A DNA stretch of 64,000 nucleotides from Minisyncoccia bacterium (GTDB lineage: Bacteria; Patescibacteriota; Minisyncoccia; Phycocordibacterales; UBA5272), in contig JBBSJU010000002.1 of NCBI GenBank assembly GCA_038256975.1, forward strand, positions 1,064-65,063. The letters run 5' to 3'. Every line of letters begins with the position of its first letter. Positions within the stretch are counted from its first letter, which is position 1. Below the pieces are notes generated by a model. The model saw nothing but the letters and a program-made list of their open reading frames with translations, was not told the DNA's origin and searched no databases. A program made the position numbers and the translations under genes. This document shows positions 9,616 through 19,700 of this stretch, piece by piece.

Positions 9616-10307
9616 TTGTAGGAGGTTTACAAAAACTCACCCTTGTAGATTTTCCAGGTAAAGTTGCTGCGATTATTTTCACCAAGGGTTGTATTTTTCG
9701 GTGTCCGTATTGTCATAATCCTGATCTTGTTCTCCCTGAACGAGGGGTGATAATTCCTCTTCCCGAGGTAAAAGATTTTTTGGAAGCAAGGAAAGACTTT
9801 CTTGAGGGTATTTGCATTAGTGGGGGAGAGCCAACATTGCATAAAGATCTTCCTGAGTTCATTACCTACATAAAAGATCTTGGGTACTCAGTTAAATTAG
9901 ATACGAACGGCATTACTCCTTCAATGGTTCAGGAGTTAATTGATAGAAAGCTTGTCGATTACTTTGCTATGGATCTCAAGCAGACTTGGGATAAGTATCA
10001 GAAAATCGCAAATCTTGCTCCTGGTAAAGAAGGTTTCATTGAAAAATGCAAAGAAACATTTAAGATAATACAAACATCTTCTGTCCCACACGAATGGCGT
10101 ACAACGGTTTTGCCAGGCATTCATACAGAAGCTGACTTTATTGAGATGGCATCATGGCTTTTGCCAGGGGAAGAGTATTTTATTCAGGATATAAATTATG
10201 CTGTAACTCTTGATACTAATCTCAATAAAAATAATCGTTTAGATGTGTCAAACTTGGTTGCTACCTTGCAGGGTTTGTATCCACATCTTCGTATAGAAAA
10301 GCGTTAA
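9612..10307 (+). CDS. nrdG: anaerobic RNR activating protein (radical SAM)
   Basis: CIFRCPYCHN radical-SAM cluster motif; ATGA overlap with the nrdD stop. Confidence 0.85.
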   Translation: MIVGGLQKLTLVDFPGKVAAIIFTKGCIFRCPYCHNPDLVLPERGVIIPLPEVKDFLEARKDFLEGICISGGEPTLHKDLPEFITYIKDLGYSVKLDTNGITPSMVQELIDRKLVDYFAMDLKQTWDKYQKIANLAPGKEGFIEKCKETFKIIQTSSVPHEWRTTVLPGIHTEADFIEMASWLLPGEEYFIQDINYAVTLDTNLNKNNRLDVSNLVATLQGLYPHLRIEKR

Positions 10308-10340
10308 GTGGTATATAATTACCGTAACTAACAAAATAAA

Positions 10341-11552
10341 ATGTATACATATCTCATATTGGAAATCATCGCATGGCTTCTTGGAGGAATAGTTCTGTTT
10401 TATCTAGTTCTCCATATTCTCCCAGCTCAGCACGGTTTGAGAAAAAAACTTTTTCGTTTTCGTTTCGCTCTCATCATCCTTATTTGTGCAGTGATGTTGG
10501 GAGTGTATTCTCAAAAAACATATCCACCGGATTTTGCTATGCCTGTTTGGATGCACTCATTTGCACCAAATCATCACGCGCCTAATTTACCGCTGGTGAG
10601 TATCGTGTCCTTCTTCCTGAATGCTAATAACTTTGAACGTGTTCTTGATATATCACGAGATCCAAACGATGTCCCCGCACCATTAGAAAGAACCGAATCT
10701 GAGGTGGTCAAAATAGCCATGACCGTTAAGGAAGTAATCTCTGAAATTGCTCCAGGAATATATTTCAATTATTGGACATTTGATGGTCAAGTACCTGGTC
10801 CGATGTTGCGAATTGTAGAGGGTGACACAGTTGAATTATCTTTAACGAATGACAAAACAAGTATTCATCACCACAATATCGATCTCCATGCTGTTACTGG
10901 TCCAGGTGGTGGCTCCGGTCTTACAAGTGCTGCTCCTGGAGAAACAAAGACATTTCGGTGGAAGGCATTGAATCCAGGGCTATACATATATCATTGTGCC
11001 ACAATGAATGTCAGTGTGCATAATTCTCATGGACAGTATGGTTTGATACTTGTTGAACCAAAGGGTGGGTTACCAAAAGTAGACAAAGAATTCTACCTTG
11101 TTCAAGGTGAGTTTTACACTGCGGGTGACATTGGAAGAAAAGGTCTTACTCGTTTCGATTCTCAAGCACTACAAGATGGGATTCCAAATTACGTCGTGTT
11201 CAATGGAAGAATTGAAAATGATACAAAACGAATGAAGGTAAACGCAGGTGACCGTGTCCGTGTATTTGTGGGTAATGGGGGAGTAAATCTTATTTCTTCG
11301 TTCCACATTATTGGAGAAATTTTTGACCGAGTGTATCCGGAAGGTGCAATGGGTGAAGGTTCTACTATTCTAAAAAATGTTCAAACAACGGCCGTATTAC
11401 CAGGGGGCTCTGCGATTGTAGAATTTACTGCTGAAGTACCTGGGGACCTTACTGTTGTGGATCATGCGCTTGCACGTATGAACAAAGGGGCATGGACAAC
11501 TATTCAAGTTGTTGGAAGTTCACGACCAGACATTATTCAGGCGGTTAAGTAG
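10341..11552 (+). CDS. nirK: copper-containing nitrite reductase family protein (NirK-type two-domain cupredoxin) with an N-terminal 2-TM extension
   Basis: HNIDLHAVTG (type1/type2 Cu His pair) and YIYHCATMNVSVHNSHGQYG (HC...H motif) match NirK Cu-ligand motifs. Confidence 0.65.
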   Translation: MYTYLILEIIAWLLGGIVLFYLVLHILPAQHGLRKKLFRFRFALIILICAVMLGVYSQKTYPPDFAMPVWMHSFAPNHHAPNLPLVSIVSFFLNANNFERVLDISRDPNDVPAPLERTESEVVKIAMTVKEVISEIAPGIYFNYWTFDGQVPGPMLRIVEGDTVELSLTNDKTSIHHHNIDLHAVTGPGGGSGLTSAAPGETKTFRWKALNPGLYIYHCATMNVSVHNSHGQYGLILVEPKGGLPKVDKEFYLVQGEFYTAGDIGRKGLTRFDSQALQDGIPNYVVFNGRIENDTKRMKVNAGDRVRVFVGNGGVNLISSFHIIGEIFDRVYPEGAMGEGSTILKNVQTTAVLPGGSAIVEFTAEVPGDLTVVDHALARMNKGAWTTIQVVGSSRPDIIQAVK

Positions 11553-11663
11553 TGGGAAAGTTGGCGCTGAATACTTTATCCGCTTACTACTACCATTTGC
11601 TGCGTGTCTGGGAATGATTTTTAACTCAACGAGGAAGAACTCATCGAGCAACTTGTCGGATTA

Positions 11664-11912
11664 ATGGAAACAATAGATTTAGATGAGATTGGGATAAAAG
11701 AGAAGATGAAAGCCGAAGTGGAGCGTATTAAGAAGTTCCAGAGGGTCATTTTGGGCTCTAAGGAGAAGATTGAGATTAAGGACATAGATATACGTAATTA
11801 TGCAAAATACGTCCTCAGAGAGGCTCGTGATTTAGAGAAACGTGAATTACTTGGATGTTTAAAAAGCAAAATCCTGCTTAGCCAAAAGAAAATTATTCTG
11901 GAAAGATCTTAG
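11664..11912 (+). CDS. hypothetical charged/coiled-coil small protein
   Basis: 82-aa ORF with no motif. Confidence 0.3.
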   Translation: METIDLDEIGIKEKMKAEVERIKKFQRVILGSKEKIEIKDIDIRNYAKYVLREARDLEKRELLGCLKSKILLSQKKIILERS

Positions 11913-12304
11913 TTAAAATTTACTGAAAAATTATACATGCCCATACTGCACATACCCTGCATAGATGATCCAGCTTTAAATGTGCCAATATCTATGATCT
12001 CTTCTCCAGTTTGAGGAAGCGTCTTTTGGTATCCGATTGAGCGAATCACTAAGGCAGAAGAACAATCATATGTTCCGTTTGTTTTAACAATCAGTTTTGT
12101 TGGGATATCAGCCTGAGCAGAAGAGACCCGAGGTGAATAACCACCCTTTGCATCTATGGTTACATATTGAATCCCATCCCTTACTTCAACATTTTGTATA
12201 GCCTGTGTTGATGCGGTATTATCGCTACCCTTCGAGCCTAGAAAAATAATGCCAATTCCAATAATGAGCCCGATAGTAATAATTGATAAAGCAATTTTAT
12301 TCAT
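11909..12304 (-). CDS. secreted/membrane-anchored Met-rich protein, possible metal-binding (cupredoxin-like) partner of the cop operon
   Basis: N-terminal TM/signal; C-terminal GSSMQGMCSMGMY Met/Cys-rich segment; last gene of the csoR-copA operon. Confidence 0.35.
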   Translation of the reverse strand: MNKIALSIITIGLIIGIGIIFLGSKGSDNTASTQAIQNVEVRDGIQYVTIDAKGGYSPRVSSAQADIPTKLIVKTNGTYDCSSALVIRSIGYQKTLPQTGEEIIDIGTFKAGSSMQGMCSMGMYNFSVNFN

Positions 12305-12312
12305 AAAGTTAA

Positions 12313-13320
12313 TTATATATTAAATAATGGATTGATAATTCCGAGTCCTGCCAAGCCAGCAAGTAGTGCGAATAGTCCGAGACCGATCACTACGACACCT
12401 GCGGACTTAAAGAATAGAGGCGCATGTCTTCCGTGCGCGAATGATGCAGACCCGAATGAGAGAAGTAAGAGCACTGGTAACGTCCCGAGAGCAAAAGCTA
12501 GCATGATCAACATTCCAGAACCAAAAGATCCACTACCTAATGCCGAGACCTGCATTGACTGAGTAAAGCCACAAGGCAAGAAGAATGTGGCAAAACCTAG
12601 AATGAGAGGTGTGAACGTTTTATGCTCAATTCTCCTGAAGAAATTAAAGATTCCCGACGGCAGAGCGATTTTGTTCTTTTTAAAAACTCCAACCAAATTC
12701 AAACCCAACGTCAGCATCACAAGCGATGCCAAAAGACCTAAGATTGCCGTAAGGGTAAAATTAATGCCGATAGCACTTCCTACAGCGCCAAGCACTCCAC
12801 CCAATACTGCAAAGCTGACAATTCTTCCTATATGGAAGAGTAGAAACGTTTTGGTATCGCTCACATTGTCTTGAGATATCTTTGCTGATAGAGACAAAAC
12901 CAATCCTCCCACTATGGCAAGACAGCTTGAAACCGAAGCTATGAGCCCAATAATGAAGCTTGTGATTGGTGTGGTCTGCCCACCGATCCCAAGATTAAGA
13001 ACTCCTGATTTCTGTAATAAAAAGAACAACACCAGGAAACCAAGTCCAATCGGAAGAGCTTTCCAAATAATATCGTCTCTTTGTTTTTCCTTGACCGTTT
13101 TTTCAACGGAAAGAATATAACCATTAGATTTGATTTTATCTGTCAGCATATCTGCTAATTTTTCAGAAGAATAATCACTGTCAGTTTCTATTTCCACAAT
13201 TTCATTCTTCAGATTGACTCGTGCATTTTGTATGAAGTCCTGTTCATTCAAGACATCCTCGATCAAGATTTTGCATGATGCACAATGCGTACCAGATACG
13301 TGTAATATGTGTGTTTTCAT
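12313..13320 (-). CDS. HMA (heavy-metal-associated) domain fused to a DsbD/CcdA-like (DsbD_2) polytopic membrane domain
   Basis: N-terminal GTHCASCK metal-binding motif; membrane domain with conserved Cys in separate TM helices (SSCLAIVGG, FFLPCGF). Confidence 0.55.
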   Translation of the reverse strand: MKTHILHVSGTHCASCKILIEDVLNEQDFIQNARVNLKNEIVEIETDSDYSSEKLADMLTDKIKSNGYILSVEKTVKEKQRDDIIWKALPIGLGFLVLFFLLQKSGVLNLGIGGQTTPITSFIIGLIASVSSCLAIVGGLVLSLSAKISQDNVSDTKTFLLFHIGRIVSFAVLGGVLGAVGSAIGINFTLTAILGLLASLVMLTLGLNLVGVFKKNKIALPSGIFNFFRRIEHKTFTPLILGFATFFLPCGFTQSMQVSALGSGSFGSGMLIMLAFALGTLPVLLLLSFGSASFAHGRHAPLFFKSAGVVVIGLGLFALLAGLAGLGIINPLFNI

Positions 13321-13322
13321 AC

Positions 13323-15617
13323 TTATAATTTCTTAGCTTTAATGCGAAGTGAGTTCGAGACTACGGAGACCGACGACATCGCCATAGCAAATCCAGCAAA
13401 AATAGGATTCAAAAGCCAACCAAAGATTGGATAGAAAGCACCTGCCGCAAGCGGTATACCAACGATGTTGTATATGAATGCCCAGAAAAGATTCTGCTTG
13501 ATTCCTCGCATGGTAATTTTTGAAAGCTTAATGGCTTTGACGAGCTTTGAAATGTCCCCTCCAAGGAGGGTGATTCCTGCCGACTCAATCGCGACATCCG
13601 TACCTGTTCCCATGGCAATACCGACGTCAGCTTGGGCAAGTGCGGGAGCATCATTCACCCCATCACCTGCCATAGCGACAATACGACCCTGTGACTGGAG
13701 CTCTTTTATTTTTTCAAGCTTATCTTGTGGTAATACATGCGCCACAATGTCATCAATACCAACGAGTGATCCAATGTACTTAGCGGCTTTTTCATCGTCT
13801 CCTGTAAGCATAACCACTTTTATGCCGAGAGCATGAAGACTTTTGATAGCCTCTACTGACTCAGCCTTTATTTCGTCTGCCACCATCACAAAACCGAGTA
13901 CCTTCTCTTTGGTAGCAAGAATGACTGGTGTCTTTCCTTGCGAGGTAAACTCATTTAACCTATCAGCGTCAAATGAAATTTTTAGGTCGCTCACAAGCTT
14001 CGCATTGCCTACAAAATATTCAGTGCCTCTGATCTCTCCCTTGAGACCTTTTCCTTGTATTCCTTCAAAGTTTGAAACATCAGATATCGAGATATTTTTC
14101 TCCTGTGCGTAGTTTACGACTGCATGTGCGATCGGATGCTCTGATTTTTTCTCAAGCGAAGCGAGAATTGAAACAAGTTCATCATCTTTCAAGTTTGCGA
14201 GGTTTTGTATGTCGACAAGTGTCGGCTTTCCTTTGGTTATTGTTCCTGTCTTGTCGACCACAACTGTGTTTACCTTATGAAGCTTTTCGAGAGTAGCCGC
14301 ATCTTTGATGAGAATTCCTTCCTTGGCACCTTTACCGACTCCGACAATTATTGCAGTTGGAGTAGCGAGACCAAGCGCACATGGACAAGCTATTACTAGG
14401 ATTCCCACAAAGGATACGAGACCGAATGAAAGTGCCTGAGAAAATCCTAAATACTGCGACCCAATAATGAGCCATGCACCAAGAGTAAGAAAAGCGATTA
14501 CAAGAACTATGGGCACAAAGATGGCTGATATTTTGTCTGCCATTGCCTGTATTGGCGCTTTGCTCCCTTGAGCATCTTCAACCATCTTTATAATCTGAGC
14601 GAGCAGTGTCTCTGAGCCAACCTTTGTGGCTTTAAAGGTGAATGACCCACTTGTATTCATTGTGCCAGATACGACATTGTCGCCAATCTTTTTCTGGGCA
14701 GGCATTGGCTCTCCTGTAACCATCGATTCATCAATAAAAGATGAGCCTTCCGTGATGACACCGTCAACAGGAATTTTTGCGCCTGGCTTCACGATAATCA
14801 GATCTCCATGCTTTACATCGTTTACTGAAATCTCTATTTCCTTTCCGTCACGAACAACCAATGCTGTTTTGGCTTGAAGATTGAGAAGTTTCTCGATCGC
14901 ATCACCTGTCTTAATTTTAGATCTGGCTTCGAGGTATTTACCGAGCGCAATAAAGGTAATGACCACTATCGTCACGTCATAGTACTGGTACTCGACATTA
15001 ATAAACGGCTTAAGAACGTCCTCAAAAGCACTGACGGCGAAACTGTATAGAAAAGCGGCTACTGTACCGATACCAATAAGGGTATCCATATTCGCTTTGC
15101 CGTATTGGAGAAATCTATAAAAACCAAGGAGATATGGCTTACCAACTACAAAAAGGATATAGGTGGCAAATATCGGGAGAAGATGATGAAAGAATTCCTT
15201 GAGTGTGTAGCTCATTGCAGGAACGATGCTGTACTCAGCGAGAATATCCCAACCCATAACGAAAGCAGCAAAAACTGCCAGAGGAATTGCGGAGAGCACT
15301 TTCGTCCGCATGTCCGCAACCTCATTGAGCTTCTCTTTCTTTGACTGATTCAATCCCAAGTGAGCCGCATGCTCACTTTCAGACATACCCATCTCGTTCG
15401 CTGTCTCGGGGACATCGAGTGAATATCCGAGAGGTTCGATATGCTTAGAAAGGTCGTGAGGGCTTATTTTTGAAGGATCAAAGGAAACCTTGGCCTTCTC
15501 CGTTCCATAGTTCACCTCTGCAGAATGCACACCATCAACTTTCTTAAATGTTTTTTCAATAACAGATGAACATGAGGCACAATGCATTCCTTTTACGTTG
15601 TATGTTTGTGTGTGCAT
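13323..15617 (-). CDS. copA: copper-translocating P1B-type ATPase
   Basis: HMA GMHCASCSSVIEK; CPC motif ACPCALGLATP; DKTGT phosphorylation site; GDGVNDAP hinge. Confidence 0.9.
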   Translation of the reverse strand: MHTQTYNVKGMHCASCSSVIEKTFKKVDGVHSAEVNYGTEKAKVSFDPSKISPHDLSKHIEPLGYSLDVPETANEMGMSESEHAAHLGLNQSKKEKLNEVADMRTKVLSAIPLAVFAAFVMGWDILAEYSIVPAMSYTLKEFFHHLLPIFATYILFVVGKPYLLGFYRFLQYGKANMDTLIGIGTVAAFLYSFAVSAFEDVLKPFINVEYQYYDVTIVVITFIALGKYLEARSKIKTGDAIEKLLNLQAKTALVVRDGKEIEISVNDVKHGDLIIVKPGAKIPVDGVITEGSSFIDESMVTGEPMPAQKKIGDNVVSGTMNTSGSFTFKATKVGSETLLAQIIKMVEDAQGSKAPIQAMADKISAIFVPIVLVIAFLTLGAWLIIGSQYLGFSQALSFGLVSFVGILVIACPCALGLATPTAIIVGVGKGAKEGILIKDAATLEKLHKVNTVVVDKTGTITKGKPTLVDIQNLANLKDDELVSILASLEKKSEHPIAHAVVNYAQEKNISISDVSNFEGIQGKGLKGEIRGTEYFVGNAKLVSDLKISFDADRLNEFTSQGKTPVILATKEKVLGFVMVADEIKAESVEAIKSLHALGIKVVMLTGDDEKAAKYIGSLVGIDDIVAHVLPQDKLEKIKELQSQGRIVAMAGDGVNDAPALAQADVGIAMGTGTDVAIESAGITLLGGDISKLVKAIKLSKITMRGIKQNLFWAFIYNIVGIPLAAGAFYPIFGWLLNPIFAGFAMAMSSVSVVSNSLRIKAKKL

Positions 15618-15620
15618 AAA

Positions 15621-15905
15621 TTATTTTCTCTTTAGCTTATAAACTTTTAAAATCTCCTGCTTGGTCTTCTCAGTCTGCCCAGCTTTCACCTGATTCAGGA
15701 TGCATCCGCCAAGATGATTTTCGAGCAGTAAGTCTTCGACATTAGAAAGTCCCTGCTTGACTGCTGAGGTTTGAGTGATCACATCAATGCAGTACGTATC
15801 ATTCTCAATCATCTTTTGTAGCCCTCGAATCTGGCCCTCGATAAGCTTGAGGCGACGAATGATCTTTCCCTTATTTTTATCTTCCATATATTTCATACCC
15901 AACAT
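15621..15905 (-). CDS. csoR: CsoR/RcnR-family copper-sensing transcriptional repressor
   Basis: [31 protein letters not shown]...LLENHL..C matches the CsoR core; start chosen at MLGMKYMED just downstream of the operator (15896 or 15887 also possible). Confidence 0.75.
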   Translation of the reverse strand: [94 protein letters not shown]

Positions 15906-15907
15906 TA

Positions 15908-15927
15908 TATACCCCCTAGGGGGTATA
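15908..15927. promoter_or_regulatory. CsoR-type operator: perfect 20-nt GC-cored palindrome
   Basis: TATACCCCCTAGGGGGTATA immediately upstream of the csoR start on the minus strand; resembles known CsoR operators (TACCC...GGGTA). Confidence 0.6.
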
Positions 15928-16061
15928 GTGCAAGTAAAACAATAAACCACCCAGTGATGGGTGGTTTATTGTTTTAGTTACTGCTCTCAGCAGGTATGCA
16001 ATGACTGAATAGGATATTTGAGTAAATTCGACCCTCCTCGGAGTCTGAACCTATCTCAAGT

Positions 16062-16135
16062 TGGCTGCCAGACTTGGAATCGAACCAAGATACACAGCTT
16101 CAAAGGCTGTTGTCCTACCTTTAGACGATCTGGCA
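16062..16135 (-). tRNA. tRNA-Gln (anticodon UUG), CCA encoded
   Basis: Reverse complement TGCCAGATCGTCTAAAGGTAGGACAACAGCCTTTGAAGCTGTG...GGTTCGATTCCAAGTCTGGCAGCCA: U1-A72, G73 discriminator, anticodon loop CTTTGAA. Confidence 0.8.
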
Positions 16136-16217
16136 ATATTGTATGGGGAACCCATACGATTGCTCGATAATAGCAGACTTTTTGCGAAAATTGAAATAAG
16201 CGTATACTAGAAATGTT

Positions 16218-16781
16218 GTGAATACTTCTTCATTTTCCTACACTAATTCCGAACCATTCTTTGCACGAGTTGTTTCCTGTCCTCATTGGGAAGACCACCA
16301 CATAGAACGAGCGAAATCTGCAAATGATTTTAAGTTGCTCGGCGAGCTTGTGTGTGAAGTAGCAGAGAGAATGCCGAAACCTCTTTTTATGGTTTCGGGT
16401 CCGATGACCACTGGTGGCATGGGCTCATATTCAAAAAATATTCTCCTGTTTCAGCATGCGATAGACGAAGCGATCAAAGCAGGTGTAACTGTGTTTAATC
16501 AAACAATGCTTGAAGAGCATTTGCAGCGTTTGGTGCGAGAATGGCTTACTTGTAATCCCGAGTCAGAATATTGCAATCATGTGCTTACTGATGTGTACGA
16601 AGCCTTGCTCGCTTCAGGGCACATACACGGTGTGTACTTTATGCCAGACTGGCACACCTCGCGTGGGGCGCGATGGGAAAGGGAAGCCGCAGAGCGTCTT
16701 AATGTTGCAATTCACGACTATCCAGGCGAATGGTACGAAAAAGCAACGAGCAGAACAAAACTATTTTTTAACGAAGATTAA
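16218..16781 (+). CDS. hypothetical protein (possibly DUF4406 / nucleoside 2-deoxyribosyltransferase-like fold)
   Basis: LFMVSGPMTTGG motif recalls the YISGPMTG loop; weak. Confidence 0.3.
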   Translation: MNTSSFSYTNSEPFFARVVSCPHWEDHHIERAKSANDFKLLGELVCEVAERMPKPLFMVSGPMTTGGMGSYSKNILLFQHAIDEAIKAGVTVFNQTMLEEHLQRLVREWLTCNPESEYCNHVLTDVYEALLASGHIHGVYFMPDWHTSRGARWEREAAERLNVAIHDYPGEWYEKATSRTKLFFNED

Positions 16782-19700
16782 ATTTTTCGAGCTTCTTCAA
16801 GGATGAGCGATTTCTCATCATTTCTGAGTGATACCTTTGCTTTAATGGAAAGGCATGTGTCCGGCACAAGAATACTTTTGAGTTCTTTGTATGTGCGAGG
16901 GAATACAACCGCCTCTGTGGTACCAGAGAGATCGGCAAGTTTAAGGAAACACATTTTCTCACCTTTTTTAGTATCTATTTCACGAACTTCTTGAATAATG
17001 CAGCCCAGGTCGCGCACCGTTTCCCCATCTTGCCATTCATCGCCTTTTAACTTTGCAAAATTCTCTTTCTTTTTTTCGAAGACATGTTTCCATTTATCGA
17101 GTGGGTGTCCAGAAATGAAGAGTCCAAGGAGTTCCTTTTCCCACTGGAGTTTTTGGTCGTTTGAAATAAGGGGAACTTCTTTGAGTCGAATGTCATGAAA
17201 ATCATCATGCATCACAAAGAGGCTTTCTTGGGAAGCATTGCTTTGCATGTGGTTGCGGTGATACTCAAGAATATTTTCTACATTACCGTAGAGAATGCCA
17301 CGGTCACCAAGGTCATCGAGCGCACCTGACATCACAAGTGCTTCGATAGATTTTTTGTTCACATTTTTATGCGTTACGCGTTGTAAGAAACTTGAAAGAG
17401 AGACGAAGGGTCCATTTGCTTTACGTTCGTTAATGATTCCATTTGCAATATCTTCACCAAAGTTTTTGATTGAGTAGAGTCCAAAACGAATCTCGTCTTT
17501 TCGGGTTTCTTTATTTGGCACTACAGTAAATGATCCCTCACTAAAGTTTACACTCGGAGGCAGTACGTCAATACCAAGCTTTTTACAATCATCAATAGAT
17601 TCAGCAACTTTTTCCGTGTCACCCGCTTCAGCAGAGAGGACACTCGCCATATATTCAGCAGCATAGTTCGCTTTGAGGTATGCTGTGATATATGCTACCC
17701 ATCCGTACGATACGGAGTGAGCTTTATTAAAACCATAAGCGGCGAATGGTTCAATCCAACTCCAAATTTGTTTTGCTTTCGACTCACTCCAGCCAGAATG
17801 AGTTACACAACCTTTGATAAACTTTTCTTTTTGTGCGGCCATTTCCTCAGGAATCTTTTTTCCTACAGCTTTACGGAATTTATCCACCTCACCCCAGGTA
17901 TAGCCAGCGAGTTTGTTTGCCATCATTAAAAGGTCGTCTTGGTATACCAAAATACCGTACGTCTTTTCAAGAATCGGCTCAAGTGCAGGGTCGAGATATG
18001 AAATCTTGCTTCTGTCATGCTTACGAGCAATATATTCAGGGATGAATTGAATAGGTCCGGGGCGGTAAAGAGCCACCATGGCGTTTATATCGTGAATACT
18101 TGTTGGTTTAAGGTCAATCAAGTATTTAGTCATGCCGTCACCGTTTAACTGAAACAGGTCCGCAGTTTCGCCACGCGCGAGCATTTCAAATGTTTTTATA
18201 TCATCAAGAGGAACTTTATCGATATCAATAAGAACGCCGAATCTTTTTTCGATAAGCTCAATTGCATTTTTAATGATTTTTAAGTTTTTAAGTCCAAGGA
18301 AGTCAAATTTAAGAAGCCCCGCTTCTTCGATGGTGTACATGTCGTACTGAGAAATGATTTTTTTCTCACCCTTGGTGTCATATTGCAGCGGTGTGAAGTC
18401 GGTGAGTGCGGATGGAGAAATAACTACGCCTGCGGCATGAACAGAAACGTGTCGAGCACATCCTTCGATCTTTTTTGCAGTATCAATAATTGCTTTTGTA
18501 TCTGGATCTTGATCGTACAACTCTTTAAGTTCTGGTGTTGTTTCGAGCGCGTGCGCGATTGTCATCGGGAAACCTTGTGAGCCCATGGGAATAAGTTTTG
18601 AAATCTTATCACCAACTGCATACTCGTATTTCATGGCACGTGCTACGTCTCGCACGGAGCCACGGGCAGCCATGGTTCCAAATGTTCCTATTTGAGCAAC
18701 TTTATCAGCGCCATATTTTTGTCGTGAGTAGTCAATCATTTCATCTCGTCTGTTGTCGGCAAAGTCCATATCGATATCCGGCGCAGACGGACGCTCTGGG
18801 TTCAAGAAGCGTTCAAAAGGAATTTGGAACTCAATAGGGTCAATGTTGGTAATACCGGAGAGATAAGTGACCATAGATCCTGATACTGATCCACGAATGT
18901 TAGAAAGAATACCGTGAGAGCGAGCATATGCAAGTAAATCGGCAACCACAAGAAAGTAAGGCGAATATCCTTTCTGTTTAATAACAGAAAGTTCATATTC
19001 TACACGCGTAAGCGCACTCTCTGTTTTCTCTACTCCTCGTCTTGCAAATCCCTCAAATACAATACGACGGAGTTCGTCATCAGCGGTTTTTCCTTCAGGG
19101 ATATCTATGTTTGGGAAAACCCATTTTCCAAGTTCAATTTCGAGGTTACACATCTCGGCAACTTTTCGGGTGTTTGCAACTGCTTCTGGAATATCACGGA
19201 AGTAGTTGTTGGCAGTTTTTGTATCAATGAAAGAATAATCATCTTTACCAAATCCATATTTGTTTTCACGACCTTCATTTTGAATACCCACAAGTACTTC
19301 ATGGGCATCGCGGTCATCAGGATTCAGATAGTACACGTTTTGTGTACCAACAAGCGGAACGCCAAGCTCTTTTGCAAGCACTACCAGTCCATCACGAATA
19401 GGCTTTGCGTTGTCATACGCAACTTGTGCAACAATTTCAATAAAATAATTTTCTTTTCCAAAAATATCTTGATGCTCACGAACAACATCCTCGGCTCTTT
19501 TTTTGTCGATGATGACTGTTTTTGAAAGTTCGCCGCCAGGACCACCAGAAAGACAAATAAGTCCTTCACTGTGAGCACGTAAAAGCTCTTTGTCGACACG
19601 GGGTTTATAGTAAAAACCTTCTAAGTTAGAAAGGGTAACGAGCTTAATGAGATTTTTATACCCCACTTCATTTTTAGCAAGGAGGGTGAGTCTATATCGG

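Noticed and set aside
13409-15344. Multiple 60-120-aa ORFs inside copA on both strands
   Set aside because: Shadow ORFs within a long, well-supported P-type ATPase gene. The same applies to internal ORFs within dnaE, the AddA-like gene and ligA.
15981-16061. Possible second tRNA next to tRNA-Gln (GGTTCAGACTCC... in reverse complement)
   Set aside because: No cloverleaf could be built: no complementary acceptor or T-stem. Probably tRNA precursor or leader sequence.
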